Positions 62,672-64,000 of a stretch of DNA of 64,000 bases are shown piece after piece (position 1 is the stretch's first letter; each line of letters begins with the position of its first letter). The stretch covers positions 16,306,001 through 16,370,000 of the forward strand of contig NC_042997.1 in NCBI RefSeq assembly GCF_006345805.1. The letters are read 5' to 3'. The position numbers and the translations under genes are program-made. A model generated the notes under the pieces. That model worked only from the letters and a program-made list of their open reading frames with translations, searched no databases and had not been told where the DNA came from. This DNA is from Octopus sinensis. Lineage: Eukaryota.

Positions 62672-62775
62672 TCGAAATTTCCCCAAGACACCTGATGAAG
62701 GCTGGAGGGTATATCAGCCGAAACGTTGTGCTAACGACAAACAAGATGAGAACAAATATCTGTCAATTGTAAATA
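62672..62775 (+). ncRNA. Repeat fragment with minimal hammerhead motif (62687-62732)
   Basis: GACAC-CTGATGA-A-GGCTG(10)CAGCC-GAAA-CG-TT-GTGCT, with palindromic stem III AACGTT. Confidence 0.7.
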
Positions 62776-64000
62776 ATTATTCCATGGACTTCGAAAATAA
62801 CCAACTTATCAATTACATTTTTGGTGATCTGACATCTACAATACATCCTACCAATAGTTGCAATTGGCAACTCTGACGCTAGCAAAACCAAAAATGCAGT
62901 CTTCTCAACCGGATGTACTGTACGTGCAATTGAAAGGACAATCCTTATTTGTCTCATACACTTTGTCATGATGATTCTGCTTACACGATTTTCTTTGAAA
63001 ACACGTGTCTTACGCGTTAACGCAAGGAGTATATTGTTTGGGCAATCAAACAACTAGAATACTCATCGTGGAAACCAAATGAGATCCATTTTTAATGTTT
63101 TGTTGCTTGTGTTCAATGTTTTGGGTTTTTTTTTAATCAAGATGCAGTGGAGATTTTATTTTACTTCTTTGTTAGAGCCACGGCCAACAATTTTCTTTCA
63201 CCACTCAGTATCCAGCTCCAGATGTTCAGTTTTTCCTCATACCACTTTTGTTCCTAGACAGTTAAGAATTATCTATCTATAGGCTAAGTTTTTGCCCATG
63301 TAACAGTCGTCAGAAGAATTTTTAAATGGAATGAATCATAAATAAAATTACTTGTTTCTTTCTGAAGCTTGAGGAGCAAAAATATTTGAGTAGCATCCAC
63401 ATGGTCAGACAGAGAGCAGAAAACAAGACCAAATTGTAGATATAAAAAATTTTAAAGGCTTCCAGGGCAAACTGAGCTATTAGTTATTGTTATTGTTTTG
63501 CAGACCTATCGTAAAAGGCATTTCGACCATGACTAAGGCATTTTTCCTCCCAGGCATCTAAAACTATTTTATATAATGTATGTTTTCAGTTTAAAGGCAT
63601 AATTTGTCTTTTAGCGTTGTTTGGTCGACAAGGACGTATGTAACAGTTATATGTTACTGACAGATGTAACAGATGTAATGGTGATTATTATTGATAGCAG
63701 GTTGGTAGGACAGTGAGATATGCGCCAAAATGAATTAAAAGAAGGAAGAAGTAAATTCTTACAGATTTCATTTATCGTCACAATTTGTCTCAATAAAAAC
63801 AGCGTACTGAGTCTGTAGTAGTCGGTTGTTTTCTGGTGGTAGGAGGGTGATAGTAACGACAAAGCTTGCACAACATTTGAGAAAATGTTTGTGTCAAATG
63901 TAAATGCTAGAAAGAGATAGACGTGCGACATCTAAGAGTAAAAACGAACTGTATAAAAATATTTGGAGAGGGTTCGAATTTATGCATGTTCGAAAGCTAA

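Overview
AT-rich, repeat-dense animal genomic DNA. The SINE, MITE and microsatellite landscape looks like Octopus (inference from repeat motifs, no search run). I reconstructed three spliced genes by hand from GT-AG boundaries and intron phases. (1) A complete 10-exon PIGT (GPI transamidase subunit, about 575 aa) on the minus strand, 38862 to 18334. (2) The 3' part of an unidentified plus-strand gene with an acidic low-complexity tail, whose stop (18186) lies only 147 nt from the PIGT stop. (3) An unidentified minus-strand gene at about 61.6-47 kb, largely invisible in the ORF track, that needs a 19-nt microexon to keep frame. The rest is mostly SINEs (four recurring families), RTE, CR1 and Tx1-like LINE relics, Helitrons, piggyBac- and Tc1-like MITEs and satellites. 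The most interesting signals are four minimal hammerhead-ribozyme folds (one with a G3-C8 covariant core, one in a tRNA-headed repeat), a SINE and a Tx1-like LINE sharing one 3' tail, and inverted Helitrons bracketing an in-frame exon pair. Most short ORFs in the track are repeat-derived noise.
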